Shown piece after piece: positions 11,440 through 20,725 of a stretch of DNA of 64,000 nucleotides. Source of the stretch: Candidatus Marinacidobacterales bacterium. GTDB taxonomy: Bacteria > Acidobacteriota > Vicinamibacteria > Marinacidobacterales > SMYC01. The DNA is taken from NCBI GenBank assembly GCA_965224085.1, contig CBDCYI010000004.1, forward strand, positions 480,001 through 544,000, read 5' to 3'. Both the position numbers and the translations under genes were made by a program. Position 1 is the stretch's first letter. The number at the start of each line of letters is the position of its first letter. Below the pieces are notes generated by a model. That model worked only from the letters and a program-made list of their open reading frames with translations. It did no database searches and was not told where the DNA came from.

Positions 11440-13476
11440 ATGAAGAGGATCCTTTTCGCCATGAGCCTCATCCTCGCCGCAATGATTTCGGCCGCCGTCC
11501 AAGACGACGGCGATAGAGATGGCGAGTGGCGCTACATCGGTGGGGACGCGGGGCACACCCGGTACTCGCCGCTCGACCAGATCAACAAAGACAACTTCGA
11601 GGATCTGGAGACCGCTTGGGTCTTTCGGGGGGACAACTACGGCTCGACTGTTGATTACCTCTTCCGCTCGACGCCGATCTATGTCGAAGGGCTCTTGTAC
11701 ACCGTGGCCGGCCGCCGCCGCACCGTCATCGCCATCGATCCGGCCACGGGCGAGACGATCTGGACGTACCGCGAGCCCCACACGACACGCTACGAGCGAG
11801 GCATGCGGAACAATTATGGGAAAGGAGTGGCCTACGCCGACGTGGACGGCCGTGGAGTGATCTTTACCAGCAGCCCCGGCTTTTTCCTCCACGCCCTCGA
11901 TGCGAAAACAGGCCTACCGCTTCCGAACTGGGGAAAGCCGGTACCTCTCCTTGGCTTTTCTCAGACGGGAGTCGTGGACTTATTGCCAGACCTCGTGAGG
12001 GACTGGGACCCCTGGCTCACCTCCGGCTACGCCTACGATCCGGATCACGGGGTCCCGCGCGACCTCGGAAATCTCAGCAGCTCGTCGCCTCCTATCGTCG
12101 TAAACGGCGTCGTGATCGTCAGCAACGTTCACGAGCAGGGTTACTACCAGACCCGCACCGAGAACATCCCGGGCGACATCCTCGCCTATGACGCGCGCAC
12201 CGGGAAACACCTTTGGAAGTTTCATGTCATCCCTCGCCCCGGTGAGCTCGGTCACGAAACGTGGGAGAACGACGCATGGAAGACCACGGGCGATGTCTCT
12301 TCGTGGGCGCCGATGTCGGCCGACCCCGAGCGCGGGATCGTCTACATCCCCACCAACCCGCCGACGATCGACTTCTACGGCGGCTTCCGTCCCGGCGACA
12401 ATCTCTTCGGCACTAGCCTCATCGCACTCGATGTCAAGACGGGTGAGCGGGTGTGGCACTTCCAGTTGGTGCACCACGACATCTGGAACTTCGACAATCC
12501 CACGGCGCCGGTCGTGCTGAACGTCACTGTCGACGGGCGCCCGATGCCTATTGTGGTTCAGACAACGAAACAAGCTTGGGCCTTCGCCTTCAACCGGGAG
12601 ACCGGCGAGCCGGTTTGGCCGATCGAGGAGCGCGAAGTTCCGCAGTCGGACCTTCCCGGCGAGAAGCTTTCGCCGACCCAGCCTTTCCCCACGTGGCCGC
12701 TCGCCTACGACATGCAAGGGCTCACCGAGGACGATCTCATCGACTACACACCCGAGCTCCGGCAAGAGGCCTTGGACATTATTAAGAACTACAAGATCGG
12801 ACCGATCTTCAACCCACCCATCCAGGTGGACCACCCTTCGGGTCTGCGCTCGTTCGTCAGCTGCCCGAGCGGTGCGACGAACATCCACGGTCCAGCCTCC
12901 GCGGACCCGGAGGCCGGGATCTTGTACGTGTCCTCGCGAACCGGGTGCCGATCCGAGAACATCGTGCCCGGCCGCGTCATGGACGAGCCCGATGACCGCA
13001 TGACCACGGGTAAGACGATCTCGGACTGGGTCGTCGCGAATCGCGGTGACTTTCGCGGCCCACAAGGTCTTCCGATCTACAAGCCGCCCTACAGCCGGAT
13101 CACGGCGATCGACATGAACACGGGCGAGCAACTTTGGCAGATCCCGAACGGAGACACGCCCGCTCGCATCAAGAACCACCCGGCACTTCAGGGGGTGGAC
13201 TTGCCGAATACGGGGGTAACCACTATGCCCGTGACACTCGCCACAGTAAGCTTGCTCGTCCATGCGGAAGGCTCCGGCGGGCAACCGCTCCTCCGAGCGA
13301 TCGACAAGAAGACCGGTGAGCGTCTGGGAGTCGTCGACCTGCCCGCACCGGGCCAGTACGGAATGATGACCTATTTGCACGACGGGAAGCAGTACATCGT
13401 GGTGCAGATCATGAGCCCGACCCACCCCGGTTCGCTGGTGGCGCTACGGCTCCCCGACGATTCTAACGATTCGTGA
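11440..13476 (+). CDS. Secreted PQQ-dependent (glucose/quinate-type) dehydrogenase
   Basis: Signal peptide, EWRYIGGD, TRYSPLDQINKDN, WHFQLVHHDIWNFD, GKQYIVV; RBS GAGGAG. Confidence 0.85.
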   Translation: MKRILFAMSLILAAMISAAVQDDGDRDGEWRYIGGDAGHTRYSPLDQINKDNFEDLETAWVFRGDNYGSTVDYLFRSTPIYVEGLLYTVAGRRRTVIAIDPATGETIWTYREPHTTRYERGMRNNYGKGVAYADVDGRGVIFTSSPGFFLHALDAKTGLPLPNWGKPVPLLGFSQTGVVDLLPDLVRDWDPWLTSGYAYDPDHGVPRDLGNLSSSSPPIVVNGVVIVSNVHEQGYYQTRTENIPGDILAYDARTGKHLWKFHVIPRPGELGHETWENDAWKTTGDVSSWAPMSADPERGIVYIPTNPPTIDFYGGFRPGDNLFGTSLIALDVKTGERVWHFQLVHHDIWNFDNPTAPVVLNVTVDGRPMPIVVQTTKQAWAFAFNRETGEPVWPIEEREVPQSDLPGEKLSPTQPFPTWPLAYDMQGLTEDDLIDYTPELRQEALDIIKNYKIGPIFNPPIQVDHPSGLRSFVSCPSGATNIHGPASADPEAGILYVSSRTGCRSENIVPGRVMDEPDDRMTTGKTISDWVVANRGDFRGPQGLPIYKPPYSRITAIDMNTGEQLWQIPNGDTPARIKNHPALQGVDLPNTGVTTMPVTLATVSLLVHAEGSGGQPLLRAIDKKTGERLGVVDLPAPGQYGMMTYLHDGKQYIVVQIMSPTHPGSLVALRLPDDSNDS

Positions 13477-13496
13477 CCGTGCAGAAGTTTTGAGAG

Positions 13497-14555
13497 GTGC
13501 TCGAGATGTCTGATTCCCGTCGCGTCGGCTCGATCGTGGCATTTTGCTTGGCGGCGTTGCTCGTGACGTGGGGTGCGAGCTCACACGCTCAATCGGTAGC
13601 CAACAATCCGTATCATGCGGTACACGGGTGGGAGAAGATGCCCAACGGTTGGCGACTCGGCGTGCCGAGCGGGGTCTTCCCCGATCCCGACGGCGAGCAC
13701 ATTTGGATCTTGGCCCGCTGCGGTGCCAACCACTGTGCGAGCTCGGACCAGGACGCGATCTTCAAGTTCGATTTGGACGGGAACGTTGTGAAGAGCTTTG
13801 GCGCCCGCATGTTCTCGTTCCCTCACGGCTTCTTTCTCGACCATGAAGGCTATTTGTGGGTCACCGAAGGCGCGCCCGCCGGAGACCGTCGAGAGGTCGA
13901 GGGGCTCGAACGCGGCCTCGGGCACAACGTGTTCAAGCTCGACCAGGATGGCGAAGTGGTGATGACCCTCGGTGAAGCGGGGGTCGCGGGCTACGGCGCG
14001 AAACACTTCAACGGTCCGTCGGGTGTTGTGGTCGCGAAAAACGGCAACATCTGGATCGCGGACGGGCATCGCGGCGGAAACAACCGCATCGTCAAGTTCT
14101 CGAGCGACGGAACGTTCCTACTAGAGGTCGGCGGCGATGTCGCCGGGAAGAGCGGTGACCCGGGGAAGTTCAACGACCCGCATGACCTCGCCATGGATGC
14201 CGAAGGCCGACTCATCGTGGCGGATCGAGGCAACAATCGGGTCCAGATCTTCGATGAGGACGGAACCCTGCTCGCGGTGTGGACGCAATTCGGTCGGCCG
14301 AGCACGGTGTTCGTCGACCCGCACGGCGTCATCTATACGGGAGATGGGATGTCGAACGACCAGTGGAACCCCGGTTGGGAGCGCGGGATCCGAATCGGAG
14401 ACGTCAAGACCGGTTGGGTCACAGCCTTCATTCCCGATTCGGAAGCGCCCGACGGCACCGGAGTCGAGTTCCTCGGTGTAGATTTCCAGGGCAACATTTA
14501 CGCTGGGGAAGTTGGCCGCCAGCGATTGGTGAAGTACGTTCGATTCAGGCCGTAA
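13497..14555 (+). CDS. NHL-repeat protein, peptidyl-alpha-hydroxyglycine alpha-amidating lyase family
   Basis: Signal peptide, FSFPHG, FNGPSGV, ADGHRGGNNRIVKF, FNDPHDL, ADRGNNRVQIFD. Confidence 0.8.
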   Translation: MLEMSDSRRVGSIVAFCLAALLVTWGASSHAQSVANNPYHAVHGWEKMPNGWRLGVPSGVFPDPDGEHIWILARCGANHCASSDQDAIFKFDLDGNVVKSFGARMFSFPHGFFLDHEGYLWVTEGAPAGDRREVEGLERGLGHNVFKLDQDGEVVMTLGEAGVAGYGAKHFNGPSGVVVAKNGNIWIADGHRGGNNRIVKFSSDGTFLLEVGGDVAGKSGDPGKFNDPHDLAMDAEGRLIVADRGNNRVQIFDEDGTLLAVWTQFGRPSTVFVDPHGVIYTGDGMSNDQWNPGWERGIRIGDVKTGWVTAFIPDSEAPDGTGVEFLGVDFQGNIYAGEVGRQRLVKYVRFRP

Positions 14556-14764
14556 GGCATGTTCGAATCGCGGGCGTTGTTGCAGCTAGAAAGCGCCGAG
14601 CCGCTCCTCGAGCCATTCGTTGCTCACCTGGGCCACGCTCCTTTCCTCCTAGGCTGAGACTACACAGAAGGACACTTTTTTCTAAACGGTGGGAGCTGAG
14701 ACTACCGCGTAGCGGTTTCGTTCAACGTTGCTTTAACAGGCTGAAGCGGACCAATAGCGGACGC

Positions 14765-15406
14765 CTAGAGCCAAAATAGGTGAAGTGCTTCATCTTCATC
14801 GACGAATATTCTGAAGTACTTACCTGCTACGATCCAAGCAAATCCGAATGTGCCCAGTGCTATTGCTTCTACCCAATATAAGACGCTCCACGCGTCCATT
14901 GTCTCTCTAGTCAAAGTGAACTTCGCAATCAATCCCGACAACATGCATACAACCATTACGCAACCGCATGCAAAATAGATTCTACTTCGTCGCCCCTTCT
15001 TACCGTGTCGACCTTTCGTATTCTGCCTAAAGGGTCCGAAACAAAAGTACGCCAGTGTTGCAAACAGAATAATTGCAGCAACAGTATGGACGATTGATGT
15101 TGGGTCAGATTTACAAGTGGGACAGGATGTCGGGCAGAGTGCAACGAGTATTGCTGCGACCGATGCTCCCTTGCTCGCTAGGGCCTCTTTTACGGTATGT
15201 CCGTTGTAGGCCCACAACAATGCACTTACAACAAATAGCATGCCAATAAAAACATCGCGCGCCTCCGTATGGTACGAAGCACTAACGGACGAGAGTGACA
15301 TCGAGGAAATAATGGTAACGATGGGCGCTAGCGAAAACGCGATGATCCCCATAAGTAGGCGAAGTGCTCTATAGTCAAATATCGGACTGGTATTTTTGGC
15401 TGTCAT
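14765..15406 (-). CDS. AT-rich multi-TM hypothetical membrane protein
   Basis: About 6 hydrophobic segments, SSVSASYHT motif; visibly lower GC than neighbours. Confidence 0.7.
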   Translation of the reverse strand: MTAKNTSPIFDYRALRLLMGIIAFSLAPIVTIISSMSLSSVSASYHTEARDVFIGMLFVVSALLWAYNGHTVKEALASKGASVAAILVALCPTSCPTCKSDPTSIVHTVAAIILFATLAYFCFGPFRQNTKGRHGKKGRRSRIYFACGCVMVVCMLSGLIAKFTLTRETMDAWSVLYWVEAIALGTFGFAWIVAGKYFRIFVDEDEALHLFWL

Positions 15407-15582
15407 ACGTCTCGCCCCAAGAAACTTTACATTGTATCGGCCGCTCTGGGTCGATACCCGTCTGTCGCAATCATAGCATTCGAGGGGTATTGTCAAGTTG
15501 AGGGCTTCAAGGCCGATTCGACCCCAAGATATGGCTGACGGCGCATCCTCGAGCCCCTCGATATTGGGGCGCGATTCACCAA

Positions 15583-16117
15583 GTGAACAACCACCGCCTA
15601 GAAGGCGGTGGCTTCAAGGGCTGTCAATTGGAAATTGACTGTCGTCGTGAAGAGGCTCGCCATCCTGGGAGTCTATGTACTCCTTTACCATCTCGTCCGT
15701 TATGCTTCCTGAACTCACCGCCAGATATCCTCGGGCCCAGAAGTGCCGGCCCCAAAACTTCTTCCTCAGGTGAGCAAACTCCTGAAGGAGTACTCGGGAG
15801 CTTATTCCTTTTAGCCACTGCACGATCGTACTCGTCCTGGTGTGGTCGGTAGGATACGAACACGTGGACGTGGTCGCGTGCAACCTTACCCGAGATTATG
15901 TGCAGCTCATGTTCCATCGCGATCTGACGAATCAGATCGCGCACACGAACCGCTACTGGACCGATCAAAACCTTTTTACGATATTTCGGTATCCAAACGC
16001 TTTTAGGTCCGTTTTCGTGTGCGCTCCGTGCCTGTAGTGACGCACGCGACCACAATACCACGATCTTCTCTTCGCCTAAAGGCGAGGGGTTTCGACCATC
16101 CCCGGAAGAGACACTAA
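15583..16117 (-). mobile_element. tnpA: IS200/IS605-family element with frameshifted tnpA (Y1 HuH transposase)
   Basis: VWIPKYRKKVL, DHVH, LKGISS, FWARGY are spread over several frames; subterminal hairpins CCACCGCCT-AGA-AGGCGGTGG (15591-15611) and TCGCCT-AA-AGGCGA (~16072-16085). Confidence 0.9.
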
Positions 16118-16137
16118 TAAGAAACTCGTTTGGGGGC

Positions 16138-16370
16138 AGTGACGTCAAAACCGAGCTCCCTCAGGCGTCGTGTTGAGCCGGTGCCATCCAAGACTACCGC
16201 GTTTCATTCATTCGGGGTGGCCGTCAGGCCGTGTAAGAAACTCAGGGTGTAGCGTTGGCAAGAGGTGCGAGAGTGACGTCAAAACCGAGCTCCCTCAGGC
16301 GTCGTGTTGAGCCGGTGCCACCTCCAGAGACTACCGCGTTTCATTCATTCGGGGTGGCCGTCAGGCCGTG
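16138..16370. repeat. Two near-identical ~96-bp direct repeats (16138-16233 and 16272-16370)
   Basis: AGTGACGTCAAAACCGAGCTCCCTCAGGCG...CAGGCCGTG occurs twice with a 134-bp offset. Confidence 0.9.
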
Positions 16371-16483
16371 GAAAACTTGACAGAACCCAGCTCTCCTTTC
16401 AATTCCTCCAGCTCATTTCGGATCTCTTTGGCAGACTGATACCGACGTTCCGTATCTTTGGCCAAACACCGTCTGGTGATTCT
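16361..16483 (-). pseudogene. Fragment of a Ser/Thr protein kinase (end of catalytic domain)
   Basis: ITRRCLAKDTERRYQSAKEIRNELEELK resembles subdomain XI; cut by the adjacent IS5 end. Confidence 0.7.
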
Positions 16484-17572
16484 CTGCCTTGGTGCACAAC
16501 TCCGCTTGCGGCCAAGAGCTCGCTTCGCCCCGACTTCCATCATCCGATCATCTCGCTATCAGGTAATCCGAGCGCCGTCATGGTGTTCAGAATCTTGCTC
16601 CCGATCCCTGCCTCAACTCCATGTGCCGCCAACCCTCTCGCTCGCATCGCTGAGCCCACGATGGCCTTGTAGCGATGGAACGTTGTCTCGACTTTGCTCC
16701 GTTTGCTGTAGCCCGATTCTGTGTGCCACTTTCGTTTGCCGAGCCGAGTTCGTGCTGAAATGTTTCGATTGCGCTGTCGGCTGCTCGCCGGCCCCGATGC
16801 AAGCTGAGCGCCTTTTCGTGGCGGTATCAGCACCCTCGGCGAGCGATGAGCGCGGTGACTCTTGTCATTTTTCGAGCGCCTCATAGACGCCGCTGGCGTC
16901 GTATGCGGTGTCAGCTCTGGCCGATGAGATGGGACTGTCGCTCTGTCCGACAAGCGATGCAACCCGCGATGAATCGCGGGCTCTTTTGCTCGTCAGCTCG
17001 CCGGCGACGACTTCGCCACTCTGCTCGTCGACACACAGATGGAGCTTGCGATAGTCCCTGCTATTTGGTGCTCTGCGCAGCTGGCCGGCGTGGACAGCGA
17101 GACCGCTGCTGTCGATCAAGATGTGCAACGGCGTCTTCTGCTTGTCTTGGTAGAAGGGGACCTTACCCAGCTTCGCCTTGCGCCTCGAGATCGTGGTGTG
17201 ATCGGGCACATCATTGTCTAGCTTCATCAGAGCGAACAACGATCGCAGCAATCCCTCGCTCTGCCTAGACGACAGATGAAAACACCATGCCCAGGGTGAC
17301 AGCCGTCTCGATGGCGTGGTTCGACTACTTGCGTTGACGGCCCGGTTTCCTCCTCCTCGGCCGGGGCGCGTCCCAGTTCACAAGCTTGCCGGCGGTGAGC
17401 GAGATCCAGACGGTCAGGCTGCCGCGCTCGCGTAGACTCGCCTCATATTCACGCCAATTCCTCACGCGATAGGCCTTGTTCACATACTTCCGCTGAGTGC
17501 GTTTGAAAATGCTCATCGCGAACCTCGAATCCGCCATTATGGGCCGTGATCGCGAGTTGTGCACCAAGGCAG
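16484..17572 (-). mobile_element. IS5-family (IS903-like) element with degenerate transposase (16540-17516)
   Basis: Perfect 19-bp terminal inverted repeat CTGCCTTGGTGCACAACTC; YRVRNWREYEASLRERGSLT, IDSSG, RKLHL, ADTAYD motifs; stops and frameshifts; no TSD. Confidence 0.9.
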
Positions 17573-17673
17573 CGTGGCGGTGCCGATCCCGATCCCGAGG
17601 AGGGCCAGCACACTCGAGGCCAATACCGCGCGCGAATTCTTTTTTCGCATCGTTTCGCCGACGAAATGGAAGC

Positions 17674-18270
17674 TCATCGCTCATAGAGAATCGGACGGGT
17701 GGGCAGGGTCTTCTGATCGATCCTCTGACCTTCCTTCATGACCCAACGCAACTGGCGAAGGTTCGAGATGTCCGCGATCGGGTCGGCATCCAGAACGAGC
17801 AGATCCGCAAATTTGCCGACCTCGAGTGTGCCGATATCCTCGAGGGCTTTCGAGGCGATGGCGCCGTTCCAGGTTCCAGCCACGATGGCCTCTTCGGCGC
17901 TCATGCCGAGCTCCACCAGATTCTCGATGGCGGAGATGGTCCCGTAGCCCGGCTCGCGGTAGACGGACCGCAGGGCGGTCGGCGTCCTGGCGAATTCCGG
18001 CGCGGCCACCGGAGCATTATCCGTCCCCACCGTCACGATGCAGCCGCCCTCGATCAGTTTCTTCGCGTTTCGCCGGTTCATCTCCGTGTCGAGACCGAGG
18101 AGCGCCCGCTCTCGCCGCCGCTCGGCGGAGGTCTTCGCCCTCTTCACGGCCCTTTTGAGTCCGCGCTTCTGGGCCATGGAGGCCTCCGATGCCAACCGGG
18201 CTTCGGCCCCTTTCCGGGCTTCGAGATGCTCCTGATAGCCTTGCCCCGCCCAGCGGTTGACCAGCATACG
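17674..18270 (-). pseudogene. Amidohydrolase C-terminal fragment
   Basis: VGTD, LVELGMSAEEAIVAGTWNGA, IGTLEVGKFADLLVLDADPIADISNL; N-terminal part replaced by IS5 sequence. Confidence 0.8.
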
Positions 18271-18708
18271 TTGTGTCGGCGGTCGAGGCTGCTCCGCAAG
18301 AAGCTGCGGATTGGGAAAGCCGCAAGCAATCAACCAATCCACCTGATGATCGATAGCACGGGCTTGAGGATTCATGTTGGAACCACCCGCAAACCGCCAA
18401 AGCAGCGCGCCTGGCGCAAGTTGCACATCGCCGTTGATCGCAAGACCGGCAACATTGTTGCGTCCGAACTGACGGCGTCACGAGTTCGCGACGCAACGCG
18501 AGTCCCCCCTTTGCTAACACAGATTCAAGCACCTCTAGCGTGGGCGGCGGCAGACAGTGCATACGACAAGGAAACGGTCTACAAAGCCATCGAAGCACAC
18601 AGTCCTGGACGAAGGACGCGCGTGGTGATTCCGCCGCAACGAAAGGGAATTATCCGCTTGACTTTCTTCTGAATCGAGACTAATACTCGCCGCTTCCAGG
18701 AGAACGAT

Positions 18709-18867
18709 TATGCCTAGACCCACCAAAGACAACGAAATTGAGGACCTTGAAGAACTCAGGGAAATCGCCGAGCGCGACCCGCTCAAGGCTCTCGAAGAAT
18801 TCGTGGGTAAGGTCGTCAAAGACCAGCCGCCCACAAATAAGCCAGTTGACTTTCTAGAGCAGACCTA
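18709..18867 (+). CDS. Small acidic passenger ORF (~52 aa) inside IS1595
   Basis: My translation MPRPTKDNEIEDLEELREIAERDPLKALEEFVGKVVKDQPPTNKPVDFLEQT*, preceded by CAGGAG; coordinates approximate. Confidence 0.5.
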
Positions 18868-19115
18868 AGACAATCCTCCCCGCAAGCGTTTTTCTGTAAT
18901 CCCGCTCCGTCGGGTTACCCGCTGAATACAATAGCCTCGACCCGGCTTTGGGTAGCTCCCAAGGCCCGGCAAATAGGCGGGAGCTTTCCTCCTTACAGAG
19001 AAACGCTTGCAATGGCCCGGCTCCAATTTCGGGCCCGGGCAAAACGGGAGGTTAGAAACATGCTTAGGCTTTTGTTCGTCATCCCCATTCTGCTTTGGGC
19101 TTTTACCGCTAGCGC

Positions 19116-19934
19116 TCAACCAGCAGAAAGACGGCTGGCGCGTGTCAAGACAGAATTCACGGGGTGCTTCGACCCCCAGGACGTGCCGACGATGCCGCGT
19201 TTTAGAAGTGCCCACACGCTCTCTATTCCGTTGGTATGTACGTCGCCGCGCACCCATTCCTCGGCGCTGTGATTGACCGTCTCGTGCCGGTAGAGGCGGT
19301 CCTTCAAACCTGCATAGGCTTTGTGCTCGTCGGTGTGAAGGGTTGAGCCTGCTTCGACGTTCTGCTCGATAACCTGTTGCACCCTGTACTTGTCGGTCGT
19401 TTCGATGGGAATGGCCACGACGTTGCCGCCGCGTTCGCGCATTCCCAAGACGGCTTGTTTGCCGACAGGACCGCGGCCGGCCCGGAGCTTCTTGTGGGCG
19501 TGCTTATTCTTTTCCTTGCCGCCGATGTAGGTCTCGTCAATTTCGACAATGCCCGAAAGGGGCCATCCGTTACCCTTGCAGGCTTCGCGGAGCCGCTGAA
19601 GCATGAACCACGCGGAAGCCTGCCGGATGCCGAGCTCCTTGGCGAGCTGCATGGACGAAATGCTCTTCCGGGCGGTGACTAGCAGGTACATCCCGTAGAT
19701 CCATTTGTGGAGCGGAATGTGTGACCGTTCCATGACGGTTTTCGTTCGGACGGTGAAAACCTCCATGCAGGCGTTGCAGCGGTAGTAGCCGCCCTTGCGG
19801 GTGCCGATGCGTTTACGCTCGTGGCAGTGCGGGCAGCTCACTCCATCCGGCCACCGCCGTTGCTCGATGTAGAGTCTAGCTGTATCCTGGTCTGGAAATA
19901 ACTTGATGATTTCGAGAAAGCTTATGGTTGACAC
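19116..19934 (-). pseudogene. IS1595 transposase, C-terminally truncated
   Basis: Zn ribbon CPHC...CNAC, VEIDETYIGG, HTDE, VNHS, HTNGIESVWALLKR; homology is lost after KRGIVGT. Confidence 0.85.
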
Positions 19935-20725
19935 TTGCTCATCGGTAGCTCCTTGTGAGCCAAATGTAGCAAGCCCAAATTAGAAAGTCAAGCGGATAAT
20001 TCCCCAACGAAACGCGACGCTCAGTCAGAATTCGAACACCGCCATGCAGGAGCGCGATCGCCATATTCGTGCAATCGAAAGACACGGCCGACGTGAATGG
20101 TACAAGCTCTCAGGCTGCACCAAGCGAAGCATCGGTGGAGAACGCGGTCTATCGTTACAAAGCGATCGTCGGGCCCGAGATGCGGGCTCGAACGCTGGCG
20201 AGGCAACGAGTTGAACACCGAATTGGGTGCGGGATACTCAACAAGATGACCGCGCTCGGGATGCCCGATACGTACTGCGCCGGGTGACTCTACGACCGGC
20301 ACAGGGAGTTCAGCGATTTGCTCCGGGCCGTGCAACAACGCCGCCGTCGGTCGCAAAACCGACGAGTGAAGCCAGGCTGGCTATTCCCACGGCCGCAACC
20401 GTTACAGTCATTCCCTTCACGGTTCCCTCCTTGGGGCGACACCCCCGAAATGCGCTCGTACAAACGTCGCACATCCCTACTATCATCGTGTAACGAACGA
20501 GGGCAAACGCGGCGCCGTGTCAGGATTCGGATCGCGTCGAGAACCGGGAGCCGGGTGACCACTGCGACTGCCAGGTGGCCCGAGCACCGTACGGGTTCAG
20601 GCGGAAGCGCGCTCCATCTTCACGCTGTACGAGCCCGAGCAATTGGTTGGCGCGGATCGTCTCCTTGCATCTGCCGTGGGCGCGGTGAGAAGATCTCCCG
20701 TCTACGTCGGACGAGGGAGGAAACC

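Larger units (their letters stand above)
18645..20004 (-). mobile_element. IS1595-family element with passenger ORFs
   Basis: Perfect 23-bp TIR GGGAATTATCCGCTTGACTTTCT; 8-bp TSD CAACGAAA (18637-18644 and 20005-20012). Confidence 0.95.
18270..20342 (+). mobile_element. Second IS5-family element, 5'-truncated and interrupted by IS1595
   Basis: IDSTGL, WRKLHIAVD, ADSAYD, VVIPPQR resumes after 20012 and ends ILNKMTALGMP; right end TGCAACAACGCC at 20331-20342. Confidence 0.85.

Noticed and set aside
14700-14765. attC site downstream of the AT-rich gene
   Set aside because: A GTTGAAC core is present on the minus strand, but I could not find a matching inverse core or full hairpin, and there is no integron integrase
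15583-16117. IS605 with tnpB or an RNA-guided nuclease
   Set aside because: The element is ~535 bp and holds only a broken tnpA
16138-16370. Possible CRISPR array
   Set aside because: Only two repeats of ~96 bp and no cas genes; repeat size is far outside the CRISPR range
11259-17330. In-frame TAG codons (ADOP remnant ~11260, IS5 ~17325) as pyrrolysine or read-through sites
   Set aside because: Both lie in genes with additional frameshifts or deletions and not at catalytic positions
17497-18672. 391-aa novel ORF
   Set aside because: Antisense of the amidohydrolase remnant joined by chance to an IS5 transposase fragment
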